From assembly GCA_951406725.2 (NCBI GenBank), contig OX597818.1, positions 74,896,001-74,960,000 of the forward strand: DNA of 64,000 bases. The letters are read 5' to 3'. The notes beneath the pieces are model-generated. The model was not told where the DNA came from. It made no database searches and saw only the letters and a list, made by a program, of their open reading frames with translations. The translations under genes were made by a program, and so were the position numbers. Position 1 is the first letter of the stretch; the number at the start of each line of letters is the position of its first letter. The stretch comes from Octopus vulgaris (Eukaryota). Positions 31,451 through 44,283 of the stretch are shown here, in pieces.

Positions 31451-32450
31451 GACAGTTCTGGCAGTTTTCGTCGCTTCAGTTCCCTCCACGATAATGCATC
31501 GCAGAAGCCACCAAATATCTAGTCTTGGTGGAATTCTAGGGAAGCAGACATGAGCTGTACGTTTCTCCAAGTGGGAGGGGTTCACGATGACTTTGTTGGT
31601 TTTGTAGGGGGTTATTGAATGATTCATAGCGAGGGTTTCTGACTTAAACAGTACTGAAAGGGTGTCGTATTGTTTGCCCCTCGCTATGTACTTGATGTCA
31701 TTTCTGATGCAGCTTAGCGCCGCCTCACTATCCACTTGCGCTATCAAAACCGCTCTTTTCGTACCAGCTGAGATGCATCTGAAAGGCACTGTTCTTCTGC
31801 CCACTGCTTCAATTGCCTTTGATGGGACCATCAGATTTTTCCCAATTCTTCTCTTGTTTCGTAAGTTTCCATGGCAGTGGTAGCTTCTGCTCCCTATTTG
31901 TGAGTTCTACGCTAAAGCGGTGTTTGGTCTTCGCTGCAGCTACTGCGAATTTTTTTTTTGTTATTGTTATTGGTAGTGTTCTCGTTATTGTTTTTGTTGT
32001 TATTGTTATTGCTATTGCTGCCGTTGCTGTTGTTGTCGTTGTTCTTATCGATGTTGTTGTTGTTACTGCCGTTTCTGCCTTTTTCGTGCTTGTTGTTGCT
32101 GTCACTACTATTAGTGCTGCGACTGATGTCACTGTTGCGGCTGCTGCTGTTGTCATTTCTACCACTGTTAATGTTTCTGCCACTATTGTTGTTACTGTTA
32201 GTTGAACTTTGTACAATGACAGCCTTCTTTTTCTCCTCATCCTCTTCCCCTGTATTGCTGCCCGTGACGGAGGGAATGGGGGGGGGGTCTTCACTCATTA
32301 TCATACTGGTGGGAGGGGTTGTTTTGTTTTTTCTCAACTCTTTCAAAACGCGCTCCACCATCTTGCTGAGTTGTATTTCATTCGATAAAATTTAACGCCC
32401 ACCGATGTTATTTGGTAGACCGAAAATTGTACCCCTGGGAGATACACAAC
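31451..32450 (-). mobile_element. Probable Tx1/L1-like LINE ORF1 5' fragment (frameshifted, Asn/Ser-rich N-terminus)
   Basis: ORFs 31912-32361 and 31418-31831 (EAVGRRTVPFRC...YIARGKQYDTLSVLFKSE...NPSHLEKRTAHVCFPRIPP..DIWWL) resemble the RRM-like part of Tx1 ORF1. GC content is higher than in the flanks. Confidence 0.55.
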
Positions 32451-32611
32451 CATAAAAAACCAGTAATATGCTCTGGTGTTTCTATTCACAAATAGGAATA
32501 AAATAATTATTGACAAAGGACAACAGTCCTGGGGCAAAGAAATATTTTGAGCTGGACTTACTTGGAGCGTTTGAAAACACGCCCAATGTGTTCCGTAGCA
32601 AATATAATAAT

Positions 32612-32888
32612 CCTTTCTATTATAGGCACAAGGTCTGAAATTTTGAGGGAGGGGATGAGTCGATTACATCGACCCCAGTGCATAACTGGTACATAGTTTA
32701 TAGACCCCAGTGCATAACTGGTACATAGTTTATCGACCCCAGTACATAACTGGTTCATAGTTTATCGACCACGAAAGAATCTAAGGCAAAGTCGACCTCG
32801 GTGGCATTTGAACTCAGAACGTGAAACAGACTAAATATCGCTACGCATTTCATCCATCTTGCTAACGAGTCTACGAGCTTGCCTCCTT
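32612..32888 (-). mobile_element. SINE family B with internal 3x ~32-bp tandem repeat and 11-bp TSD
   Basis: ATCGACCCCAGTGCATAACTGGTACATAGTTT is repeated three times (about 32668-32763). TSD AATATAATAAT at 32601-32611 and 32889-32899. Confidence 0.85.
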
Positions 32889-32889
32889 A

Positions 32890-32946
<57 letters not shown>

Positions 32947-32954
32947 TAATAATA

Positions 32955-33006
<52 letters not shown>

Positions 33007-33049
33007 TGATAATAATAATAATAACAACAACAACAACAACAATAATAAG

Positions 33050-33280
33050 CAAAAGAAAGCAGAAAGAAAGCAAACGATGTTGGATCGTAGATATAGCATG
33101 CCCAGCTGACAACAAGTTGGGCGATAAGGACGAAAGAGAAGTTGATAGATATGACAGTAACCTTGGGAAGTTAAGCAGTTGTGGTCGATGAAAAAGGTGG
33201 TCGATGAACCCTGGGAACATTGAGTTAAAATCTTGGTAGTGAACATCTGGCACCGTTAGAAGCTGTTCAAAGACAATAAG
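33050..33280 (+). mobile_element. R4/Dong-clade LINE restriction-like endonuclease fragment
   Basis: KESKRCWIVDIACPADNKLGDKDEREVDRY, flanked by (TAA)n arrays. Confidence 0.7.
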
Positions 33281-33285
33281 TAGTA

Positions 33286-33360
<75 letters not shown>

Positions 33361-33362
<2 letters not shown>

Positions 33363-34070
33363 CTACCAAAACTATCAGGCTAATGTTCCTCAAAACGGTT
33401 CTGAGCCTAAATGCAGATTCTGCAATATATTTGATGAAACAATAGACCATCTCGTCTCGCGATGTCCTGTGCTGACACTAAACGAATATAAAAATCACCA
33501 CGATAGGGTAGGACAGTATTTACATTGGAAAATACGTAAACACCACAAAATCAGCACTCCTACTTACTGGTACGAACATCGTCCTGAGCCAGTCGTTGAA
33601 GGTAGAAATGCTACTATTCTCTGGGATCATGGCAGCACGATCCAGGTTAATCAACCAGACATAATCAAAGACAAGGAAGAAATAATTATACACTGATAGA
33701 TGTAAGTGCTCTCACTGATAAAGATATATCTGTCAAGGAATTTGACAAACTAAGTAAATATAAGGACCTGTAAATTGAAATATAAAACGAAAACTTTTCC
33801 TGTTGTTGTAGTTGCCCTAAGTATCATAAAAAAAGGGATGCCAGAAACTTGTAGATAATATCCCAAGAGAACCATGTCTCAGAGAATCCAGAAGATCCTT
33901 AGAAAAAAACCTTATCCATTTAAATGTCTGTGTTTTATTACATGAAGATATTTCACTTCCTCCTCTCCCCAAGCTTTCAGTCATATTGTAACATCTCTTA
34001 ACCTTCACTCAGGTTCAGGACGCTGGGTGTGTCTCGGCAAGTGACTGCAACAAAGGATTAACAACAATAA
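33361..34070 (+). mobile_element. R4/Dong-clade LINE 3' fragment (CCHC knuckle plus REL endonuclease pseudogene)
   Basis: CRFCNIFDETIDHLVSRCPVL..NEYKNHHDRVGQYLHW...WYEHRPEPVVE..NATILWD...NQPDII...LIDVS...KEFDKLSKYKDL. It sits directly beside (TAA)n, the known Dong-type target. Confidence 0.85.
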
Positions 34071-35639
34071 TAACCATTGGCACAAGGCGCGTTGAGCTGG
34101 TCGATTATATTGACCTTAGTTCCCAACAGGATTTTATTTTGTCTTTGCCTCGGTGAAGAATTAAAAGAACATAAGAGTACGTACATCAATTGCTAGTGAC
34201 TTGGAAACTGACTTTCCTTACTTTCTCTCTCTCCTTCAGTTCTCCCCTCTCTCTCTCTCACTCTCTATCAATTTAATAATTTTTATCTTGTATTATTGTA
34301 TAGCATAAAGTTTCTGAATAGACTCCACAATAACAAACGTAATTCCATAACAGATAACAGTTAGCTAATAACATCTTTATGTGTAATTTTCTATGACCGA
34401 TAAATTTTGTGAGATGAGATAAATTCTCATCCTATAAATGTAGAGATAAACAGATTGATAGATGAAGTTTAAACTTTGATAGTTTATCTATTGATTCGCT
34501 CTCAACTTATTTTCCGCTCTTTGACTGGTTATAAATTTTCAAAATAATCTTAGTTGCGATATGTTTGAAAGTGAAGCATATATCTACTATTTCTCTTTGA
34601 ATTATCGTTTATGTGTTAATTTATCTGCTTTCTTGTTTTCTATATATGTATCACCTAGTAACTTATCATTGTCATTTTTTTCTTGTTTATCATGTTGGGA
34701 CAAACCGATAACAAACCATTTTGGCCCAGACCTTTACGTTTTTCGCAGGCGCAGCTCTACATTGTACTCTGTATTGTCACTAACTCTTTTCAAGATGATA
34801 AAGTGAGTTGATAAATATTTAACTACTGCGTAAAAGCTCAGTCAGTAGTTCAAATAAGTAGAAATTGCTGTTGTAGATTGCAGACAACAATGGCACGAAG
34901 TGTGTCCAATGTATGATGTTCGATATGTTAGTGTCTCATAGTCAAAGATTGATATTTTGCATTTTGCATGTGAGAAGAAAATTGTGGCTAGGATTAAAGT
35001 TAACAGAAATCAACGGAAGATGTGCGATTGTATTTGTATCTATAAGTTCATTTGTAATTAACAAGTGAAATACTTAAGTATCATATAAGTAGCCACACAT
35101 ATTGACAGAAGAAACAGCAGAACTGTACGGGGATGCGTTTTCATCTGACGTACGAAGCTCTGTTGGACGATAGCTTCATGTGATACGACATGATGTTCCT
35201 ATTTCTTAATATTTCACTGAAATGAATAGAAATTAATTTGGGCTAATAATTTGGGAAAGGGTTGCTACTAATTTTCTTGATTCCGAAAAGACGAAAGGCA
35301 AAGTCGACCCCGGCGGAATTATCCTTTTCCTAATATCAAAGACCTAGAAAGACGACGAGCTGGCAGAATCGTTAGGACGCCGGGCGAGCACTGTGATCAA
35401 TTTCATTGACTTAGCCACCCTGCAAAAAAATAATAAATGATAATAATAACAATAATAAAAACCCTGGCTTTGTACCAAAATTTGAAACCAATATTAAAGA
35501 TCTAGTGTTTTGCTTTTAGGATAACTTATTTCTTACAATAAAATGTAAAACAAATTGGATCTGACAGCTGCACATCGTCAGTTTCACCATGCAATTACCG
35601 CAAGAAAATCATTGCTTTCCAACCTAATCGATGCTTATT

Positions 35640-36010
35640 GGAAGCTTTTAACTTACGTCGATGCTTTTCAAGGAATCATTGGTGGTATAATTAACGCAAT
35701 AACATCAGAGTCCACGCGTCCCGAACCGATGTGATTGTCGTTGACTACACAACTGGAGAGCTCCATGGGAATTTGGTTCCATATATTTCGGTTAATGATA
35801 GAATCCACATTCCATTGAACAATGACAAATGTATACTCTGACAAACATTCAAGTATTTGCTGCGAATCAAAACAGACAATATTTCTCTGAAATGTAGCCC
35901 AAGAAGATTGAAACAACATCGTTGATTACTCGGTGTCTTGAAATTCAAAACAACTAAAGCAACTAAGTTTGTTTGGCTACCAATCCAGTTCAATATTCCA
36001 TGTCGTTGAA
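35640..36010 (-). pseudogene. Decayed Tc1-like transposase C-terminal fragment
   Basis: FQRNIVCFDS...VIVQWNVDSIINRNIWNQI resembles FQQDNA..H...VL.W...SPDLNPIENIW. Confidence 0.4.
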
Positions 36011-36114
36011 TCAATTCAGCCCCTACTAAAACCTACATTGCCTTAACAAAAATGATTTAATATTATTCATTTTCTTAATATTTCAATACATAAGACACTC
36101 TCTCCCTCTCTTTC

Positions 36115-36151
<37 letters not shown>

Positions 36152-37149
36152 ATCTCTCTATCTCTCTATCTATCTCTCTATCTCACCTACATTACCAGGA
36201 GCCCCGCTACGTATGTGATGTTTCTAAAGTTACAGTGTAATTAATTGGTCTCTCTCTCTTCTCCAGAAAGCTTTCCCTCTCTTACAAGGAAAGAAAAGGA
36301 AGTTGTCATATATCTTGTTATAACATGTAAAGCATTTTTTATGCTTTGGAGGCTATCTTGTATTAGACATTGATCTATAAACGACCTCCTTCATATGTAA
36401 TCACAGAAACAGGGTAAGATAATTCGTTGGTGCATAGAAAGCGTCGTTGTGTAATTACATTAGACAAATACCTCGAAAATACGACCAAATACCCACTTCA
36501 TTTGTTATGACCAAATACCTACTTCATTTGTTATGACCAAGTATCCATTTCATTACATCTCTAGAAATCACTGATTTATGTAAGTCTTTGTATTATTCGG
36601 CAATGTTTGATTATGACATTATGCCAATGCAAAAATAATTTGTGGTAAAAAGTCATGCAAAGAATTGCAAGCACGATTTTCCCATCGAATTTAGATAACC
36701 AATTCAGTTTCGTTGTCTCAACTCCACATGTCCTCTCCCAGTAACTAACTCTTCTCACTACTTGTCTGAAGCCATACTTAGAGGCAAGGTTACATTGTGT
36801 TTACGGTTTCAGATATTACAGTTCCAAATGCCTTCAAAATATATTCTTCGCATTTGGGATTCTGGGTTCATTTGATTCTACGGTCGATCCAAATCTATGT
36901 CTAGAGATATTTGTGATCTTTGGAAAATGTTATCTAGAACATCTAAATGAAACTTTGTGGGGGACAATAAAATATACTCTTCGTTCAAAACTAAAAGACG
37001 ATGGAGAGCCCATAAGCGGAATCATACCATGCGATTAACATTTTTCGTTGCACTACAACTTAATGAAAATCTTACTTTGGTAGCTTGTCTTAACCTAATC
37101 AACATTTGCTTAGGCGGTTAAATCTTAAATATGAAACAATAATCAGTGA

Positions 37150-37930
37150 TGTGTAACTGATTAACGCTATTGAGCAATGTTCGTATCAAATATCCAATTG
37201 ATAGAATTAATAACGCTTCAACTGTATATGTATATTACGTTATGGAATATACCGAGATCTGCAGGAAGTCGTTGAAACTCTGGATCCATTAAAGACATGT
37301 TGAAGAATCTTGTTCAATGTCTGGTTGCGAAATACCATACCCAGAAGTCGGATTCAACATGCATGTGAGCGAAAGAACCTCAGTGTTAATCCATTTATTG
37401 GGGAGGAATTTGTAGCTCTACCACTTGCATTTCCTCAACGCGCACCAATGATCCAGAAAGCACTGGAAAATCATAATTAATACTTCCTATTCAGTTCCAC
37501 TATGGTATATTTTCATTGAAAGCAGAGATCCAACCAATAAAATGGACCAGAATATTGTACTACGAATAATACGAGAAACCAGAAATAATAGAAGAAATCA
37601 TTTCTACTGCATCCGCTCCAGATGAATTATGGTGCGCTTTCTTGAAAGACTGCCCGTCAACTATTTGCAAGACAAATGGAAATGAATATTGAAACTGAAA
37701 TTTTCAGACGAATAACGAAAAATTGATTCGCAACAATTGTTTTCGTGACAGCACTATACAAAATAATACGCATATATTGTGAGTTGGAAAAGCGCTGAAG
37801 AAAATTCTAGGAAGAATTTTTCTTATGTTGCCTGCTAAGCATTCTAAATCGAATATTCAGCCGGGTACTGTTTGTGGATTATTTATACAAGTAAGATTTC
37901 AGATTGTCTACGACCCATAAATTCTGTATT
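37150..37930 (-). pseudogene. Decayed Tc1/mariner transposase
   Basis: Minus strand HWCALRKCKW..YKFLPNKWIN...LNP.DFWVWY-like segment resembles AHW...VR.WL...FP.RWIG...SPDL.P.DF.LWG. Confidence 0.4.
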
Positions 37931-38297
37931 AGAGAAAGAGAAAATATAATAAAAACTTACTGTGTGTATCTTGAAAAATATTTACATAGATTGTCTACCA
38001 CAATCCACTGTTTTTCTAGTTCAGCTTAGATTTTAAGTAGATTATTCCAGAGTGGTATTTGATGCTAATACAGTAATGCATTGAGTGACTCCTGGTGAAG
38101 CAACAAATACAGGTAAATACACTTTCCAAGTTAAAAGTAGCTTTGTATACAATACACGAGAGATGTAGATAAATCGAAAATTTTCTCTTAGTTTTTCTTT
38201 TGTTCTTTTTTTTTTAATATCGCCTTCCTTTCTTTTCTGAACAGAATAAAGTTTGTATGTCTTTTTTCTCCCTCAATATCTCCTACAATATATATGC

Positions 38298-38429
<132 letters not shown>

Positions 38430-39031
38430 CCGTTTCAACTAATAATGATTTCTTACGTAGGTATACAGTTGAAGATTAATCGGAAAAGGCTTACGGGAAG
38501 ACGTGATCTACATGGCATTACGTACAAAGATCCATTAGTGACGTAAGTTAAAAGCTTCCAAATACGAAATCGAAACCGAACCGACATCTCTGTTCACCAA
38601 TTCGTTGTAGAAATATGATACTGTAAATAAAGTAGCAATAATATACTGGATTCCGTGGTGATCGAGTGTGCAAGAAATTTATATAGCAGTGTACGCATCA
38701 TACTTAATGTATATACACCGTTGATTGGTCATTTACTGCGGTATTCATTTCAGATAATATTTCCAATGGACTTGCTGAGTTAAGATCATAGTAATTTTCG
38801 GAGAGCGACAAAATTTCCTCCTAGATGCAACGACCAAGAAGGCTAGATACAGTTCTACTTTTTTGAGGCTTTCAATGACGTGTGTAGCAGTCTGCCACAA
38901 AGCTGGTAATTCCTTTCTCTTTGACATAGGAAGCAGTGATTTAAGATAGCACGTGCATAAGGCATATTATTGCAAAACAAATGCCGTAGCAATAAGCCTA
39001 TCAACTATATATACATACATACATACATACA

Positions 39032-39128
<97 letters not shown>

Positions 39129-39211
39129 AACGAGGATAAAATTTCTTTCGAAAAACATTTTATCAATGACGAGCATATTAAAAAATACCTTAAACGGTTA
39201 AATTTATAAAC

Positions 39212-39650
39212 AATTCATAAATGAGGGCGAAGGAAAAAATTTCTAATGCCAAATATGCCGAAAAATTGGACATATTGTCCATTAACCATATAATCTTTTC
39301 ACAATACGCACGCTACTCGAAAAAAGGTCGACAGACATTTCTAAAAAATTCCATTACTACCATATCGGACCGATAAAAGAGTTAGCTACTAAGAGCCCTC
39401 TCTTCGGAGTATGAGTAAGTATCTCATTTATTTCTTTTGCCACATGTATCACTGACGAAGAGAGGGCTCTTAGTAGCTAACTCTTTTATCGGTCCGATAT
39501 GGTAATAATGGAATTTTTTAGAAATGTCTGTCGACCTTTTTTCGAGTAGCGTGCGTATTGTGAAAAAATGATATGGTTAATGGACAATATGTCCAATTTT
39601 TCGGCATATTTGGCATTAGAATGTTTTTCCTTTGCCCTCATTTATGAATT
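39212..39650. repeat. Long near-perfect palindrome (195-bp arms, 49-bp spacer)
   Basis: 39212-39406 is the reverse complement of 39456-39650 with few mismatches. Confidence 0.95.
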
Positions 39651-39887
39651 ATATATATATAATTCGTGGATAGAATTGCTTTATTTGTTTATTAAGACTA
39701 TCATTAGTTTCATGTTAAGAACAATAGAAAAATATCTTAATATCTTAACAATTTTTCAAGCTGATCACATGCAGGAATAGTGTTCGTTTCCATTTTGGAA
39801 CACCATTCCTCCATGTGGTCTGCTTGAAATATTTAGATTTTAAGGTGTTTTTCTAGTTTTCTTAACATGAAACTAATGGTAACCTAA

Positions 39888-40038
<151 letters not shown>

Positions 40039-40773
40039 GTATGATACATAGATGGCTATTTTCAATTTAATACTCTTTCAAAGAAAGTAACAGAGCAAAC
40101 AATAAAAGAATTCATTAGGTGGCTGATATTTACTCATATATATGTATAACGTATCTCTCAGTAAATGATCGGTTGGAAACAGTGTGGCAATGTTTATCTA
40201 GTATGGCCCTTTAAATAACATATACATCGTATCCGACTGGTATTCACAGTTTCAAATATTCTTTACGCACTAGATTTGAGTCGGGTAGAAACTATAACAG
40301 AAGATACGTTCACAAGATGCCATGTTGTCATGTTGTAGAGGTGAACCCGGAACCTAATGACTGCCGAATAAACTTGTTGACTCTTAAGCATAACAACGCT
40401 GCCAGAGGAGTATATTTTTCCTTCTATCTTCTGACTTATATGGAATCTGAAAAAAAATTTATATATTACACATGACAATAAAATGTGCAACTTGTGTTTG
40501 AATTAGACAGATAACGCTTTAAAGCAGAAAACCGGAAGTCAATGTTTAATACCAAAAGAAGATATAGTAATTCTTGTCTTGAAAGAACCTTCCAGTTAAA
40601 ACTATAATTTCATGGCTAAAATTTTAAAGGACTCAAAAGATCGAACAGCACTGATTGTAAACTTAATGAATCATAAATAATGAAATGTTTAGGGTATCCT
40701 CTTCAAATGAGGGCATGCAGATATATAGATACATACATATATATATATAAAGATATATAGATATATGTATGTA

Positions 40774-40823
<50 letters not shown>

Positions 40824-41069
40824 TAAACCATTGGTTCGTTTTGTTCTCTTACTTTATTATCATCTTATAATCATCTCATAATAATGGCTTTTATGACTCG
40901 TATTACTACCTCAGTCAATCTAAATGTATATATTTGTCGTTACCTGTCATAAATAGCCTTTTTCTATTTGCAGTATGCATTTTCGTTGATTTTTCATATT
41001 TTACCCTTACATTTCCACGTGTATTTTATATTTTCTTTTCGTAATATATTTCTACTATATATATATATA

Positions 41070-42422
41070 TGGCATAATTGAAAGCTGCTTCATAGACGTG
41101 TCTTCTCAGTGCTGTTGCAACTGCTCTTCCTTCCGCAGTGGAGATTCTATTCTTTGTCAGCCGTGCATACCTATGTTCATCACTTTGAGATACTCTGGCT
41201 TTTGTAGTGCACAGTGTTTTTCTTTCTTGGTATGCTTCCCTTTCTACGGTTGTCACTCTTTCTCTGGGCAAAGACATTAATTTGGCTGACCTTGACTTGT
41301 ACACAAATTTGACACTTCCCTTTTAGGCATGGTTATATACGTATTCAGAAATACACGGGTGCAGAGGATAGTAAATAATGAAAATAACTGGGTAACGAAA
41401 ATTATATTTCTTAATACGACGGGCAGAAATTAAATAAAATTTTTTTTACGGAAAATTAAGAATTGCACGGGTTCAAGCGAAATTTGTCAGTGAACCAGAA
41501 AGCCAGTATCAAAGGAACAAGAAAAAAGCCGTTAACAACAGAAAAACACCAAACCGTTGCAAAATTAGATAAGAAATTAGCTAAGTGTACGGATTTAAGT
41601 GAATTTTTTTACTTCTGTCAGGAAATTATGAACTTACTCTTATCATTAATTCCGTCAAAACCAGAAAAAAACACAAAACGTTGAAAAGTAAATAAGAAAT
41701 TTGTAGGCAAATTTAACGAAATGAACGGATTGAAGTGAAATTTATGAAGTTACTTCTATCAGTAAATTATGTAAGAAATTACTTTAATCAGTAATTGTGA
41801 ACTTCTTTCAGTCAGTAATTTGTCATTGTTGTTTGTAAATAGCGATTGAAAAGATACAGTGAAAACAATAGAGAGTGAGTAAGATATAAAGAGAGGGGAG
41901 AGAGACAGAGCCAGTTAGATAAATAAGATAGATATAGATAGATAAGATATAGATACAGACAGATAGATAGATACAAAGATAGGGACGGCTAGAGAGATAT
42001 AGAGAGATAGAAATAGATAGAAAGGGCGATGGATAGAGAGGTAGATAGATGGATCGATCGAAATATGTAGATAGAAAGATCTAGACGTCACTAAAGCTAG
42101 AAAAACGGAAGTAAATACTTTTAAAAACTCTTAAAGACGTGAATCTAATATAAAAAGCAATATTTTATTTATGACCAACGGATGTAATCAATTTCTCAAA
42201 GTTACTTCGCAAAGAGTTACTTCCTTTCCCCAGCTAACCCAGGAACGAAATTTTTCTGCCCCCAGGGGTCCGTTACTCATTATGTGAAACATTTTAAGAG
42301 TCTAAAAGCACCACTGAAACGTAAGCAATGTATGTTCCCAGTTTGCAGAAAACCAGTTCAACAATACGGCCGTTATAATCATTTAGACAGACACACACAC
42401 AGAACAGCATTTATATTATAGA
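41070..42422 (-). mobile_element. Helitron 5' portion with truncated RepHel N-terminus
   Basis: The minus-strand 5' end reads A|TCTATAATATAAATGC.. at 42422. The ORF from about 41330 is MPKKGSVKFVYKSRSAK...RYARLTKNRISTAEGRA...EAAFNY, like Helitron RepHel N-termini. Internal imperfect tandem repeats lie at 41400-41820. Confidence 0.65.
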
Positions 42423-42430
42423 TATATACA

Positions 42431-43110
42431 CAGGTTGCGATGAGTAAATTGTCACCATTTTATACTTTTACTTTCGCGCACGGGCTTGGTTTGCATTTGA
42501 TTTTGTCGAATACATAGTATAGTAGGGTCCGTTGGGCACCATGTGTGAGAAAAACAGCACCATGACGCAATTCAGTCTGACCGAAATTTGGAAACGACAT
42601 GCTGTACTGCTCGGCATTCACATCAGAAGCTCCAATACGAACATTTGAGAATGTTTGAGTGTCAGTCTAAGGACTCTGCAATTTGTGGACATGTACCGAG
42701 AATGATAGAAATCAAACATCCATGGTGTTTGGAGTGATCACTAGTGATGGTGACGCTATGCTTTCCATCATCCCACACGGCCTCACACGGAGGCTTACAT
42801 CAAGTGCATGGATGTGGTAGTGCTGCTCTGGGTCAAGAGGGTGACTGCTGGAAGACTATATGTCTGGCAACAGGACTCTGTACCATGCCACACAAGCAGG
42901 AGAACCCAGTCATGACTGCCACAATTTCTGCGACCACATGACTTCTAACATCTGGCCACTTAACTCACCAGAATGCAAATACCTTGATCATTATGTGTAG
43001 GGCGCAGTTGAGCGGGAGATCAACAAAACTCCTTGTAACACCAAAGATGAACTGAAGGCAAGGATCATTACAGCATTCACCAATTAGAGAAGGAGACCGT
43101 ACAGAAGAGT
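42431..43110 (+). mobile_element. Internally deleted DD37D (maT-like) Tc1/mariner element
   Basis: MVFGVITSDGD...YIKC...WVKRV.AGR.YVWQQDS.PCHTSRRTQS...NIWP.NSP.C..LD.YV. The reconstructed spacing between the 2nd and 3rd Asp is 37 aa. Confidence 0.75.
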
Positions 43111-43619
43111 TCCCTCTGAAAATATTAACAATTATCTTTTTATATTTACTGAAAAGGCTCCTTCCGTGGTTTTTAAGTGCCAAAAACAATTGGCAAAAAT
43201 AGGTACGGGGTGGGATGATGAGATGCAGGATGTAAAAACAAGAGATATCAAAGTCTTTTTCATACAAAGATACCCCCGTCCAACCCCATCATTTTGAACG
43301 GTGTGGTTTAAAAAAAGGGGGTGGGGGATCCCCATCAAAACAGCGTGGTTCTAACTTATTTGGTCTCTCTGATCCAAAATTCCTTTATACCGAAACTCCT
43401 CTCCCCACCCCTCAGAAAAAAGTTACCACAAATTTCTTTATAATCGTAATCTTTTCCGGTTGAAAGGGATTGGTATAAACTTTCATTAAAAGATACCCAT
43501 TTTCCTGAAAGTTATGAGGGGGAAAATATCATCGTGTGAATTTTCCGAAATTTTTCTCTCTACCACCTCGGAAAAATTATTTCCTATAAATCCCTATTTA
43601 CTCTGAAGCCACAACATCT

Positions 43620-44004
43620 TCTTTAGCACTCCGACGGTTACGACGACGAGGGTTCCGGTTGATCCGAATCAACGGAACAGCCTGCTCGTGAAATTAACGT
43701 GTAAGTGGCTGAGCACTCCACACACACGTGTACCCTTAACGTAGTTCTCGGGGATATTCAGCGTGACACAGAGAGGGACAAGGCCGGCCCTTTGAAATAC
43801 AGGTACAACAGAAACAGGAAGTAAGAGTGAGAGAAAGTTGTGGTGAAAGAGTACAGCAGGGATCACCACCATCCCCTGCCGGAGCCTCGTGGAGCTTTAG
43901 GTGTTTTCGCTCAATAAACACTCACAACGCCCGGTCTGGGAATCGAAACCGCGATCCTATGACCGCGAGTCCGCTGCCCTAACCACTGGGCCATTGCGCC
44001 TCCT
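43620..44004 (-). mobile_element. tRNA(Arg)-like-headed SINE family C, full length with 10-bp TSD
   Basis: Minus-strand head GGCGCAATGGCCCAGTGGTTAGGGCAGCGGACTCGCGG...GGTTTCGATTCCC. It is CpG-rich, with TSD CACAACATCT at 43610-43619 and 44005-44014. Confidence 0.9.
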
Positions 44005-44200
44005 CACAACATCTAAGCAGTATTTGTAAAAAGTTGCTATTTGTGGATGTCATAAGGCAATAAAACCAGGTGCGTGCCCATCTATAATAATGATCTTTTA
44101 TTTATACGATTTTCTTTTTCATTTCATGTTTATTTCATTCTTTGTTTGCAATGTTCTCTCTCCCCACTCTCTCTCTTCCTTTCTCTCTCTCTCTCAATCT

Positions 44201-44283
<83 letters not shown>

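Noticed and set aside
31813-32395. Plus-strand hydrophobic ORFs resembling membrane proteins
   Set aside because: They are antisense reads of the Asn/Ser-rich (AAC/AGC) low-complexity region of the minus-strand LINE ORF1.
32668-32770. CRISPR-like ~32-bp repeats
   Set aside because: They are head-to-tail with no spacers and lie inside a SINE. The context is eukaryotic and there are no cas genes.
43925-44004. Possible tRNA-Arg(TCG) gene on the minus strand
   Set aside because: The cloverleaf is imperfect and continuous with a 385-bp body bounded by a TSD, so it is a SINE head.
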